64,000 nucleotides of DNA, taken from the IMG/VR virus record IMGVR_UViG_3300038468_000170, positions 32,020-96,019 of that record; one strand, written 5' to 3'. Within the stretch, counting starts at the first letter, position 1; every line of letters starts with the position of its first letter. Both the position numbers and the translations under genes were made by a program. This DNA is from a virus. The notes beneath the pieces were generated by a model. That model saw only the letters and a program-made list of their open reading frames with translations. It made no database searches and had not been told where the DNA came from. Below are positions 10,544 through 19,976 of this stretch, piece after piece.

Positions 10544-11509
10544 ATGCCGCCCCAAACCCCTCCCTGGAAAGCCGTTGCGGTCGGCGGCCTCGTTCTCGGG
10601 GGCCTTGGCGCCCTCATGCTCCTCGGACGTCGCTCCGAGGCGGCTCCGGCGACGCCTAAGCGCGTGGCGCTCATCGGCGACTCGTACGCGGTCGGACTCG
10701 GTCCGGAGCTGGCGAAACTGCTTGCTGGATTTCAGTGCCAGGGGGACGGGTTCACATGCACCGGGGCAAGCTGCGAGGGGCACGCTGGAACGAACACCGC
10801 GCAATGGTCCACGCACGCGAAGGAGTGCGGCCATTGCGGCGACTGGCTCACCGCGTTCAAGCCCGACGTCGTGCTCGTCTCCCTCGGCGTGAACGACGGC
10901 AGCGCTCCGAATCCGGCGAACTACCAGAGCATCGTGAGCGCTCTTCACGGGATCGGGGCGCGCGTGATCTGGATCGAGCCTCCGGCGGGAGTAAAGACGC
11001 CCTCACGCGCCATCATCCGGTCGCTGGGGGTGCCGACCGTGCCAGGTACAGCAACGCCGCTTGCGTCGGACGGTTTGCATCCTACGAGCTACCAGATGTG
11101 GGCGCGAGAGGTTGCACAAGCGCTTACGCAGGCGCCGAACAACGAATCCTCAAACGTGGCAAGCCTCGTCGGGCCTAACTATCCGGTGAAGTACAATGCC
11201 CAAGCGCTTCAAGTAGCCGCAGCACCAGATCCAAAGAATCCCGTTATGTTGTGTAGCTACGCCGCATTCGCGCAACTAGAGTCGCCTGATCTTGCAACGG
11301 GATGGGTAAATCTCTGGTCGCTCAAAGCCAAGTATGAGACCGCACCCGAAGCGCTCTACCGGATGATCGGAAGGCAACGGATCGTACGACTCGTGAAACG
11401 GTACTTCGATCCGAAAACATTCGCCGAACTACCGCCTGACATTCTCTACGAGAGCGATCAGAAGTTTCCGATCCCGACAGCCCCGGATCGAGGAGTGCCT
11501 TGCGGATGA
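10544..11509 (+). CDS. Membrane-anchored SGNH/GDSL hydrolase
   Basis: N-terminal TM segment; IGDS, G, LGVND and DGLHP catalytic blocks. Confidence 0.8.
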   Translation: MPPQTPPWKAVAVGGLVLGGLGALMLLGRRSEAAPATPKRVALIGDSYAVGLGPELAKLLAGFQCQGDGFTCTGASCEGHAGTNTAQWSTHAKECGHCGDWLTAFKPDVVLVSLGVNDGSAPNPANYQSIVSALHGIGARVIWIEPPAGVKTPSRAIIRSLGVPTVPGTATPLASDGLHPTSYQMWAREVAQALTQAPNNESSNVASLVGPNYPVKYNAQALQVAAAPDPKNPVMLCSYAAFAQLESPDLATGWVNLWSLKAKYETAPEALYRMIGRQRIVRLVKRYFDPKTFAELPPDILYESDQKFPIPTAPDRGVPCG

Positions 11510-12045
11510 AAACTTGCTGGATCCCCATCAATCCGGACACGTCCGGAAACTATCTCGCGACGCCGGGCAACCACTACGCCGTACTCCTCAGCGTCGACTC
11601 ACGCGCGTCAATGAAAGACGTGACCGACGAGCTCAACAAGAACGAGCTCTCGGTCATCTACGGATGGCAGAGCGGACAGCAAACCCGAAAACGGTTCGCC
11701 ATCGACCGGTGGCTGGAGATGCTTCCCCCACCGGCCGACGGAACGGTTTGGATGTACTTCGAGCTCGCCTACACAGGGTCGACGCCGAAGACGCTCGCGC
11801 GACACGTCGAGAAGTGCGTGCTGTTCATCTGCGGCAGCGTGGACATCACCTACGCCTTCGAAGCGCAGCAAAAACCGGACGACTACGCGCCGTGCAGCCC
11901 CGGGGAATCAGGCGGAGCATCGATTCCGCCTCCGTGTCCGCAGTGCCCTCGTCCAAACACAATGAAACCGTTCCTGGTTGGCGCCGGAATCGGCGGATCG
12001 GCAACGCTTGCCGCCTTCTGGCTGTGGAAGGTGTTTCATGGCTGA
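11506..12045 (+). CDS. Hypothetical protein with C-terminal TM anchor
   Basis: ATGA-coupled; PPPCPQCP linker followed by a hydrophobic tail. Confidence 0.6.
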   Translation: MKTCWIPINPDTSGNYLATPGNHYAVLLSVDSRASMKDVTDELNKNELSVIYGWQSGQQTRKRFAIDRWLEMLPPPADGTVWMYFELAYTGSTPKTLARHVEKCVLFICGSVDITYAFEAQQKPDDYAPCSPGESGGASIPPPCPQCPRPNTMKPFLVGAGIGGSATLAAFWLWKVFHG

Positions 12046-12310
12046 GACGATCCAACGTAACGGCCGTCAAGTGCCAGGTTTCGCACTCGGCGACGACGAT
12101 CCTGAACACTTCCGCGTGCTGATAGGCAAAGTCCTCGAGAAGGTCGAGAGCTTCTCTCATGGTCTGACGCATCGCGAGCTGGCCATCCTGCGGCTCGGGC
12201 TCATGGCGAGCCACATGGAAGAAAGCATCGCGCAAGGCGACTGGAAAAGAGCGGACGCGCACGCGGACAACGTCGCGCAGCTATTGCGACAGCTCGAGGC
12301 GACACGCTGA
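12038..12310 (+). CDS. Hypothetical protein
   Basis: Overlapping start (MAETIQ); carries an FALGD motif. Confidence 0.55.
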   Translation: MAETIQRNGRQVPGFALGDDDPEHFRVLIGKVLEKVESFSHGLTHRELAILRLGLMASHMEESIAQGDWKRADAHADNVAQLLRQLEATR

Positions 12311-12326
12311 TCAAGGAGCACTTACG

Positions 12327-12533
12327 ATGGAGAGAATCTATCTACATGCGCGTCCGGTGCTCGGTTTCTCGCTTGGAGCAGATGATTCAAGTCCGATGGA
12401 TCTGGTGCGTTGCTCCGACGGCAGCGTTCATCGCGCCGGGCAATGCCCGATGAGTACCGGCGCGAAAGTCGCGATCGGCGGCGGAATTGTCGCCGCAACA
12501 AGTCTGGTGATCTGGTTGGTGTCTCGTGGCTGA
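12327..12533 (+). CDS. Small membrane protein
   Basis: AAGGAG RBS; C-terminal TM segment; FSLGA motif. Confidence 0.65.
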   Translation: MERIYLHARPVLGFSLGADDSSPMDLVRCSDGSVHRAGQCPMSTGAKVAIGGGIVAATSLVIWLVSRG

Positions 12534-13140
12534 CCTAGGTGGTTCTTCGAACGCAGCCATTGCGTTCGATTTCCTCGTAAGCAAGGGACTCAGTTGCGAG
12601 CAAGCGGCTGCGGTCGTCGGAAACCTGCAAGTAGAATCCTATCTCAATCCCAAAAACGACGTCCCGGATCCAAAGAAAAACGATCCTTCGGCACGCGGAC
12701 GAGGGATCGCATCTTGGGATCCAACCCGTTGGCAAAACTTGCTTACGTTCGCGGCCGGGAGAGATCCGCTCTCGCTTGGAGTGCAGCTCGAGTTTTTGTG
12801 GCACGAGCTCCCTTCCAACGGACTGGCGCAGCTTGCCTCAACAACTCGCCTGGAAGATGCGGTAGTAGTCTTTCAAAATCTCTTCGAACGCCCGCGCGTG
12901 GCGCACACCGACAAACGCATCGCGGCAGCACAAGCCGCGCTCTATTACTGCCAGACCATCATCGTACCGAAAAAGAGCACCTCGATCTGGGTCGCAGCAG
13001 GCGCACTCGCTCTCGGCGCTCTCGCCGCAATCGGGATCTACAAGGCGAAGAAACGGCCTCCTGCCTACGAAATCGAGCGGTTCGATCGCTATCCTCCACC
13101 AGACCGATGGGAACCCGAACCGGATCGGTGGGAACCGTGA
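12526..13140 (+). CDS. Phage tail-type lysozyme (Phage_lysozyme2-like) with C-terminal TM anchor
   Basis: GLS.EQAAAVVGNLQVES, GRGIASW...RW, QLEFLWHEL and FERP motifs. Confidence 0.85.
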   Translation: MADLGGSSNAAIAFDFLVSKGLSCEQAAAVVGNLQVESYLNPKNDVPDPKKNDPSARGRGIASWDPTRWQNLLTFAAGRDPLSLGVQLEFLWHELPSNGLAQLASTTRLEDAVVVFQNLFERPRVAHTDKRIAAAQAALYYCQTIIVPKKSTSIWVAAGALALGALAAIGIYKAKKRPPAYEIERFDRYPPPDRWEPEPDRWEP

Positions 13141-13538
13141 ATCCGTTACTACGCGCCGCCGCGATCGGCGCCGGGGTCGTTGGAGTGTTCGGGGTGCTCC
13201 TCCTCTTCGAGAAGAAGGCCAAGGCTGCGCCGCTCTTGCCGCAACAACCTTCGCCAACGACTTATGGCGAAACGACGCGCGTTTCATTGCCGGTTCCGGA
13301 TGGTTGGCGCCGGGCGACGAACACCGACCTTCAGAGCGCGTCCGATCTCGCCTCACATGCGGTTGCTTTACGCAACACACCAGGCTTCACATCGATGCCG
13401 TACGGCACACTGAGCCCGTTCGTCGCGAGCGACGGCAAAACGTACGCAACGTGGGTCGAGCAACACTATCACGAACCCGGCGGACCGATGAAACCGTGGG
13501 GGCTACATCACGGCGTCACGTTGCTGGCTAAGGTTTGA
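13137..13538 (+). CDS. Membrane-anchored hypothetical protein
   Basis: GTGA-coupled start; N-terminal TM segment; C-terminal EQHYH...GLHHGVT. Confidence 0.6.
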   Translation: MNPLLRAAAIGAGVVGVFGVLLLFEKKAKAAPLLPQQPSPTTYGETTRVSLPVPDGWRRATNTDLQSASDLASHAVALRNTPGFTSMPYGTLSPFVASDGKTYATWVEQHYHEPGGPMKPWGLHHGVTLLAKV

Positions 13539-13602
13539 GATTCCGATAGGTTAGGAAACAGATCTAGCGCCCCGTGTGACAGGGCTGATAGTCTTTCCCT
13601 CG

Positions 13603-14217
13603 ATGTCCAGAATCGCCGGTACGAGAAAAGGTGAAACATATCCGGACCGTTCACCCGGTGCGGGCGGGTTCGGCGGACTCCTACAACTCGGATCTGACGC
13701 ACCCACGGAAGACGTGGCCTACTCTTCGTCGGGTCCGCTCACGATGGTGCGAGACAATTCGGGACCACCCGCGAACGAAATCTCGATCCCGATGCGGAAC
13801 TTCAAGTCTGGGAACCTGCTCGTCGTGATGTGGGCCGTCTACGCACAAGAAGATCCGGACTCGCCGGGCGCCATCACCATATTCAACGTTCAGCCGTTCC
13901 TCGACGAAACCCCTTCTGGCGGTGGTTTACAAACGATTTCGGGCGCAGACCTCACGAGCCCGGTGCAACTCATCCCCGACATCTCGCAATTCGGCAGAAG
14001 CGCAATCGTGTCGGTTCGCGTCTCGGGATTTCCGAACTTCAACGTCCGGTTCAACATAGAAAACACGTCTGGAACGAACATCATCGTTCCTTCAGCGCTG
14101 GGCGTTCTCGACGTCGAACACGGAACGACACCCGGCAATACCCACTTCGTCGCATTCGAAATCGACGCCTCGATCGTCTCGCAGTTCTCGCCGAATATTC
14201 TCGTCGACGTTCCTTGA
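13603..14217 (+). CDS. Putative virion protein (beta-rich) with N-terminal ETYP motif
   Basis: MSRIAGTRKGETYP start shared with 14228..14782. Confidence 0.65.
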   Translation: MSRIAGTRKGETYPDRSPGAGGFGGLLQLGSDAPTEDVAYSSSGPLTMVRDNSGPPANEISIPMRNFKSGNLLVVMWAVYAQEDPDSPGAITIFNVQPFLDETPSGGGLQTISGADLTSPVQLIPDISQFGRSAIVSVRVSGFPNFNVRFNIENTSGTNIIVPSALGVLDVEHGTTPGNTHFVAFEIDASIVSQFSPNILVDVP

Positions 14218-14227
14218 AGGAGATCCC

Positions 14228-14782
14228 ATGCGCATCGCGGGCACCAGAAGAGGCGAAACGTATCCAAAGCCGCCTCAGTCCGGGAATGCTCAAGGACTTT
14301 TGGAAGTGCGATCGGATGCGGTTCAAATCACTCATTTTACAGGAAATACAGATACGGCCGTCTTCGTTACTCGAAACGCGGGCGGTGACCCTCTCGAAGT
14401 CGTCTTTTCAAATTGGGCTACCGGCGACGTGCTCGAGGTTCAATACAACTTCATTCAAGACGGAGACGAAATATTCGATTCTGTGAACGTGTCAGTGTGC
14501 GCTGTCGTTTCGATAGATGGCGGTGCAACATGGAAACACCTTTCGCCAAGCGGCATACGAAACTTCTCCGATCAAGGTCCGTGCGCGGTAACGGTTTCGG
14601 CTGTTCTCAACGCTGCTCCTCGGGTGCGTTTATGGATCCAGCCCATCATTCCGGTACAAATTCGAGGAGTTGGTGAGCCCGCAACCAACGATAAAGCTGT
14701 CTACCTGCAATGCGCTCGCTATTCGGGCTCGATCTTTCCAGATGGAGCTTCCGGACAGCTTACCGAACAAGTAAGCCCATGA
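14228..14782 (+). CDS. Putative virion protein (beta-rich) with N-terminal ETYP motif
   Basis: AAGGAG RBS; MRIAGTRRGETYP start. Confidence 0.7.
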   Translation: MRIAGTRRGETYPKPPQSGNAQGLLEVRSDAVQITHFTGNTDTAVFVTRNAGGDPLEVVFSNWATGDVLEVQYNFIQDGDEIFDSVNVSVCAVVSIDGGATWKHLSPSGIRNFSDQGPCAVTVSAVLNAAPRVRLWIQPIIPVQIRGVGEPATNDKAVYLQCARYSGSIFPDGASGQLTEQVSP

Positions 14783-15207
14783 AGGTCGGAGGATACACAT
14801 ATCTAACCAACGACGGATTGCTTGCACAAGGCAGTGTACCCCCGACGAACGTGTCACTTCCGTTCGACACGATCGTGCTCGCTGCACGAGAACATCAGTT
14901 TCGAATGCCCAAGTTCACAGGCGAAGTGATCTACGCGCCGCTCGACGACAGCGGCCCGCCACCGACCTTAGCCGAACGTGAGCTCATCAAACGGACCGCG
15001 AGCCGTGTCGCCCAACGAATCCGAGCCAAGCGGCGCGTCCTTGTGACGTGCCACCAGGGGCGCAACCGTTCTGGGGTCATCGCGGGGCTTGCGCTCGTAG
15101 AGCTCGGCCTGCCTGGCCCTCGAGCGGCAGAGCGAATCAAACGGATTCGGAACGGTCTCACCAACCGCTACTTCCATGAGATGGTGGTAGGAGGACGACG
15201 ACTATGA
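14779..15207 (+). CDS. Dual-specificity/tyrosine phosphatase family protein
   Basis: ATGA-coupled start; PLDD acid loop and VLVTCHQGRNRSG (Cx5R) active site. Confidence 0.85.
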   Translation: MKVGGYTYLTNDGLLAQGSVPPTNVSLPFDTIVLAAREHQFRMPKFTGEVIYAPLDDSGPPPTLAERELIKRTASRVAQRIRAKRRVLVTCHQGRNRSGVIAGLALVELGLPGPRAAERIKRIRNGLTNRYFHEMVVGGRRL

Positions 15208-17447
15208 CCCAAGCTCACGGAACGTTCCGATATCTCGAGCACATCTTCGGCGTCGGTGACGCGAGCTCGAACCTCATCGCTGCGGCGCTCAAGGCGAGCA
15301 TGCCGAAGCAAGATCTATCGACGCCTCCGCCTGGCGCAAAGGTCTGGCCGGCGGCCGACTGGCAGAGCGGCGCAGCTCAGAAAAAGGGCGCGAAGATCGG
15401 CGACTACATTGACTGGGGGCCGAATCACACCGTGCTCACCCCATTGCCAGGCGGCGGCTACGCGAACGTACCCACGCCTCGCTACGCGCTCATCACGCCG
15501 CATCAAGAAGGGATCTTCGACAAAGTAGGTAGCACCATCGAAGGGGTCGGCCGTGCAGTAGGAAACGCCGTGACTTCGGCCGGACAAGCCGCCGGACAAG
15601 CCGCTGGCACCGTTGCGAAGATCGCCGGTAGCGCCGCGCAGGAGACACAGAAGGCCCTCACGTCAGGCGCGAAGTTCGTCGCGAAAGCCGGCGGCGACGT
15701 CGGCAAGTTCGTTGCGGAACAAGCACAGAACTTCGCAAAGGACCCGATTGGACAGCTCACGAAGGTCGCGACGACCGGAGGTCTTAGTCTCGTCGGCGTG
15801 CATCCCGAAGAAATCCTGAACAAGGCTGGCATCCCCTCGCCCGATCAAATCCTGCAACACCTCGGCCTGCCGCCGACCTCGGCGATCGTCCACGAGGTCT
15901 ACACGGACGTCACACAGCCTCAGGTACTCCTGCAAAAGATCCCTGGGATCGGAAAGCTCGCGAAGTTCATTCCTGCGATGCCGGATCCCACGCAGATCGC
16001 CGGTAACCTCGTCAATTCCGCACTCTCGGGCGACATCCAGGCGGTCAAGACGCAAGCGCTCGAAGTCGGGCACCAGATCGCCGACGCTATCACGATGGTG
16101 CCGGGCGTCGGCAACGCCATCGGGGCGCCGCTCGCCGCAGCGATCGAGCTCATCGAGACCGGCAGCGCCCTCAAGGCAGCACTCGAACTCCTGCTCTCGC
16201 AAGTGCCCGGCATCCCGCCGCCGGTCCGCGACATCCTCCGCGCAACGCTCGATGGCATCGCCGACATCATCGAACAGGAGAAGGCCGTCACCGACGTCCT
16301 CATCGCTCAGTTCAAACAGGGCGTTCTCGATCAAGTGAAGAAAACGGGAGTCCCTGACGAGGTCTCCGGACTCGTCAACAACATACTCGACGGCGCCGTG
16401 CAGGTGATCCTCCACCACAAGCCGCTCGACCGCGCTGCACTCGATCTTGCCGAAACGGGGATCAAGAAAGCCGTGAGCAAGCTCGGCGCGACTCCCGAGG
16501 TGCAGCAAGCACAGAAAGCGCTCGCGGATCTGAAGAACGTCTACAAGGGAATCGACACTATCCACGCGCTCACGCAGGGGATCGTCCAGCTCGAGAAGCA
16601 GGACGCTCAGAAGAAAGACCCCGTCGTCCAGAAGAAGATTGCCGACATCAAAGCGGCCATCGAGGGGCAGAGGCTCCTTACGCAGGCCGCCGCCAAGCAA
16701 GCCAAAAGCAAGCCCCCTGCGTTGCGCTCTGCGGCGCCTTCGAAGGTGCCCCCGGCGCTGCGGTCTGCCGCACCTGCCCCGCCCGCCGTCCCGACGCTCC
16801 CTGTGCCCCCGCCGGCCCCTCAAGCGTCGACAGGGCCGACCTACGGCCCCTATCCTCCCATGAAGCCCGGCGTCCACGGGCTTGGCGCGAGCGACGCCTG
16901 GCGTTGGTTCGCGCTCTTCTCGAACGGGGCGCTCATCGCCGAACAGGGCCCCCTGTGGCTTTCCGACACCGACGCCGAACGCACCGCGGCAGATTGGCTG
17001 GAAGCGTCTCAAGGCAGGGGCTACATCGGCACCGTGTCGCGGTGGGACTGGGATGGCAAGAGCTGGCGGCAAGCGTCCGGTGCACTCAGCGCTCCGCCGC
17101 CGCACCCACACGGCGGTGGAGGCCATCACGGAGGAGGAGGCCACCATGGCGGTGGCGGACATGGCGGAGCCCGTGTCTTCCGCGGGGGCAGAGCGATCCC
17201 CGGATGGTGGGGGCCGTGGTGGGGCACCCCCTGGTCCCCCGAAGTCGTCACGACGACCGAGACCTGCCAGACCTGGGGCGACCCCATCGAGATGCCGCCC
17301 GCGATGCAGAGGGCGGCACGCGCGGCGCTCGGCGCCTCGAAAGGAAACCCGACGGCGGTACGAGGCCCGGACAACGTCCTCTACTTGTTCGCGTTCGAGG
17401 GCAACGACGTAACGGCGCGGCCCTGCGCGGCTGTAGCGACTTCCTGA
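15204..17447 (+). CDS. Large Ala/Gly-rich helical protein, putative virion/membrane protein
   Basis: GGAGG RBS; amphipathic repeats, Pro-rich linker, His/Gly tract and WWGPWWG. Confidence 0.7.
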   Translation: MTQAHGTFRYLEHIFGVGDASSNLIAAALKASMPKQDLSTPPPGAKVWPAADWQSGAAQKKGAKIGDYIDWGPNHTVLTPLPGGGYANVPTPRYALITPHQEGIFDKVGSTIEGVGRAVGNAVTSAGQAAGQAAGTVAKIAGSAAQETQKALTSGAKFVAKAGGDVGKFVAEQAQNFAKDPIGQLTKVATTGGLSLVGVHPEEILNKAGIPSPDQILQHLGLPPTSAIVHEVYTDVTQPQVLLQKIPGIGKLAKFIPAMPDPTQIAGNLVNSALSGDIQAVKTQALEVGHQIADAITMVPGVGNAIGAPLAAAIELIETGSALKAALELLLSQVPGIPPPVRDILRATLDGIADIIEQEKAVTDVLIAQFKQGVLDQVKKTGVPDEVSGLVNNILDGAVQVILHHKPLDRAALDLAETGIKKAVSKLGATPEVQQAQKALADLKNVYKGIDTIHALTQGIVQLEKQDAQKKDPVVQKKIADIKAAIEGQRLLTQAAAKQAKSKPPALRSAAPSKVPPALRSAAPAPPAVPTLPVPPPAPQASTGPTYGPYPPMKPGVHGLGASDAWRWFALFSNGALIAEQGPLWLSDTDAERTAADWLEASQGRGYIGTVSRWDWDGKSWRQASGALSAPPPHPHGGGGHHGGGGHHGGGGHGGARVFRGGRAIPGWWGPWWGTPWSPEVVTTTETCQTWGDPIEMPPAMQRAARAALGASKGNPTAVRGPDNVLYLFAFEGNDVTARPCAAVATS

Positions 17448-17589
17448 CGAGGGCGCTCCATGGTGCGGAGCTCTACGGTGCAGCCGTCGCAATAGCCGCT
17501 GTAGGGGCGCGCGCTGTCGAAGTACCGCAACCGGTGGCAGCGCCGGCAGATCGATCGCCTTTTCGCCATCGGTCCGCTATCCTATCCCC

Positions 17590-17793
17590 ATGGCCAGGAA
17601 GAGCAAACACCACGCGCCCGGATGGCTCCCGTTCGCGTTGGCAGCGTCGGCCGTGACGGCGCTCGTTGCCGGGGCGCGCGCCGGCTGGAAGCTCTCTGGC
17701 GAGGCAAAGGCTCCGGCACCAGCATCGCCCTCGAGCACGCAGAAGGCGGGCGTCTTGCAAGACTGGGCGAGCGGCGTCGTCTATCGGGCCTGA
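17590..17793 (+). CDS. Small membrane protein
   Basis: Basic N-terminus followed by a TM segment. Confidence 0.55.
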   Translation: MARKSKHHAPGWLPFALAASAVTALVAGARAGWKLSGEAKAPAPASPSSTQKAGVLQDWASGVVYRA

Positions 17794-18316
17794 AAGCGAA
17801 ACGGCCCGGGATCTCCGAGCCGTTTCAGGGGCGAAGGACTGTCGGGCCCTTCTGCCTCCACCACGCCCCAGGAAAGGGGCGGTGGAGCCGCCGGGTAGCG
17901 AGCCCGGGTCCGCGAGATGTCCAGACGATCTTCGTTCACGTGCCGTAGCCGATGAACGTCACCGGCACCGTTGCTCGCCCCGTATCGCGGGAGACAAGCG
18001 TTCCTCGTGGCCTTCATTACCGATCGGACGACAGCCTAGCGTTATCCCAAGTGGGCGCCTTCGTACGATCCGGGCTCGTGAGGTTCGTGCCGGCGAGCTA
18101 CTCGAGCTCCTCGCTCGCCAACAGATCAGGCCGCCACGCGGACGGACGGATCGATTGCGTTGTCGTTCGCAACTGACGTTTGCCCTCGTGAAGTGAGCGG
18201 CATCCCTGGCACGCAGACCTTCCTTTCATTCCCACGTCGAATCAATTCGGCCCCGTAGGTAATTCGAAGCGTAGATCTAGCGAGTTCGTGATGCAAGTCG
18301 CGCGCAAATCCGCAGC

Positions 18317-18610
18317 TCACAGCTTCGGTTTCTCGAAACGGACGTTGCCGTCATCCTCGCCCCAAACGCGCTTGTACGTGAACAGCACTGCTTTCAGGCC
18401 CTCTTTCTTTTGCCGTTCGAAGCAGGCAGCGCAGAACACCAAGTAGTGCACCTCGCCGACGTCCGGTACGTTCAACGCCTCTGGGTAGTACAGCACGTCG
18501 TTCACGAGTATGTCGGGTCCGTGCTCGCAGCCGAGCATCACATCTCCGACTTTCGGCTGCACGTTGGACATCCGATGCTTTTGCAAAAACCCCCAGCTCA
18601 TTTTTCCCAC
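18317..18610 (-). CDS. Hypothetical protein
   Basis: Part of an overlapping minus-strand operon; CEH...CAAC. Confidence 0.55.
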   Translation of the reverse strand: MGKMSWGFLQKHRMSNVQPKVGDVMLGCEHGPDILVNDVLYYPEALNVPDVGEVHYLVFCAACFERQKKEGLKAVLFTYKRVWGEDDGNVRFEKPKL

Positions 18611-18936
18611 GGTAGCCTCACCTTCGCCGCCCTCTCGCGCATCTCCGTCTGCCGTGCCGGCGACAGTTTCGAGAACAGGTTCGCCGGCTTCTCGTCTGGT
18701 CGCTCACGCTTTCGTAGATCGACCGCGTGCCAGATGTCCTTGATCTTCGCGCGCTGTTTCTCCGAAAACTCGAGCGTGCGGTCGTGTTGCTCACGGACGC
18801 TCTTGATGAACTCACGCTCCCAGTCCGAGAAGTAGACGCCGCCACGTTCGGGCGGAACGTCGACCAGCTCTTCGAGATCGGAGAGCTCCTTCAGCGCGGC
18901 CGTGTCTTTCCGGAGTTCGAGGATGGTGTCGGTCAC
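18598..18936 (-). CDS. Hypothetical protein
   Basis: SDWEREFIKS...SEKQ motif common in phage proteins; coupled start. Confidence 0.65.
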   Translation of the reverse strand: MTDTILELRKDTAALKELSDLEELVDVPPERGGVYFSDWEREFIKSVREQHDRTLEFSEKQRAKIKDIWHAVDLRKRERPDEKPANLFSKLSPARQTEMRERAAKVRLPWEK

Positions 18937-19250
18937 GGCTTGATCTCCTCACATCCGCACTTCTCGATGCCGACGCCGCTGCTCGAGAGCCACGTGTCGA
19001 GGAACGCTTCGGCCGCCCTGAGCGCCTGAGCGAGACCTTCGTACTTGTCCCCAATGATCTTGTGCGAGTGGTTACCGAACACCGAGTCGAGCGTTGCTGG
19101 TCCGTTGTTGACGTCCGTTTCGAGAGCGACGGCGACCCACTCTAGCTTGTTCATGCGCTGCACAATCAAGCCGAGCGTTTTTCCGTCGGCGCGTATCGCC
19201 GTCTTGCGTAAAACAGCGTCCTGTTCCCAGTCCGTGATCGACATCTTCAT
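18933..19250 (-). CDS. Hypothetical protein
   Basis: GGAG RBS; coupled to the downstream gene. Confidence 0.6.
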   Translation of the reverse strand: MKMSITDWEQDAVLRKTAIRADGKTLGLIVQRMNKLEWVAVALETDVNNGPATLDSVFGNHSHKIIGDKYEGLAQALRAAEAFLDTWLSSSGVGIEKCGCEEIKP

Positions 19251-19314
19251 CTTCGCTGCTCCCTAGCGCATTGCCATATTACGCAGAGGCGATCGAACCA
19301 ACTCTCGCCCTGAT

Positions 19315-19551
19315 TCATGACGACAGCTCCACGACCATGCGCGCGATCTCCTTTTCAGTGCGAGCTCGACCACCGCTCAAGACGTTGCCGATCGTGTTCG
19401 GATCGCGCAGCGCTTCGCGAAATGCCTCGGCATGTCGCGTGCAACGACGGCCCATGACCGTTTCATGCGTTGCAGGTTCCTGACAGCGAGGGCCGCCGAG
19501 CGATGCGCCGTCACGAAGGGCCATGCAGCGGGAGCGGTCGATCTTCGTCAT
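19315..19551 (-). CDS. Hypothetical Cys-containing protein
   Basis: GGAG RBS before MTKIDR; C...C...CxxH. Confidence 0.5.
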   Translation of the reverse strand: MTKIDRSRCMALRDGASLGGPRCQEPATHETVMGRRCTRHAEAFREALRDPNTIGNVLSGGRARTEKEIARMVVELSS

Positions 19552-19555
19552 GGTG

Positions 19556-19972
19556 TTAATCTCCCGCGAACCGTTTGTATCGCTCCACCTTTTGGAAGTG
19601 TTCCTCGCAGATACGGAGCTTGTGCCCATTGGAATCGACCGTGCGTGTAGCTTGGTTCGGGCACGGCCGCCATCGCTTCGCGCCGTCCACGCCGACATGC
19701 GGCTTGTCGATCGGATCCATGCAGAGTTCGCACTTGCTGTCTTGAAACACGGCCTCCGACCCGACCTTGAGACCAAGCGCGAACGGATCATCGGTGGGGG
19801 TGCCTACGAGCGCATGCCGCGAGTCTTCCCGGTCGAGTGCGTCTCGGAGCAGCTTGCGCAATGGCGGTGAGTGGCGCATCACCAAATTGATCAGCTTCAC
19901 GCCGAAGAGCGCTGTCAGCGCAATGCCCCCGAAGAACGCGATGAGCAGCGCAAGGATTTTTTCGGCCATCAC
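19556..19972 (-). CDS. Membrane-anchored Cys-rich hypothetical protein
   Basis: GAGG RBS; N-terminal TM segment. Confidence 0.6.
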   Translation of the reverse strand: MMAEKILALLIAFFGGIALTALFGVKLINLVMRHSPPLRKLLRDALDREDSRHALVGTPTDDPFALGLKVGSEAVFQDSKCELCMDPIDKPHVGVDGAKRWRPCPNQATRTVDSNGHKLRICEEHFQKVERYKRFAGD

Positions 19973-19976
19973 TTAT

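Noticed and set aside
15663-17492. Long antisense or alternative-frame ORFs (also 1976..3205, 29015..30169, 36512..37831, 32406..33338)
   Set aside because: Typical high-GC shadow frames over well-supported genes, with no recognisable motifs.
17786-17810. Hammerhead-like CTGA...CGAAAC hairpin
   Set aside because: It lacks the CUGAnGA core and a three-stem junction; likely a simple hairpin at a gene end.
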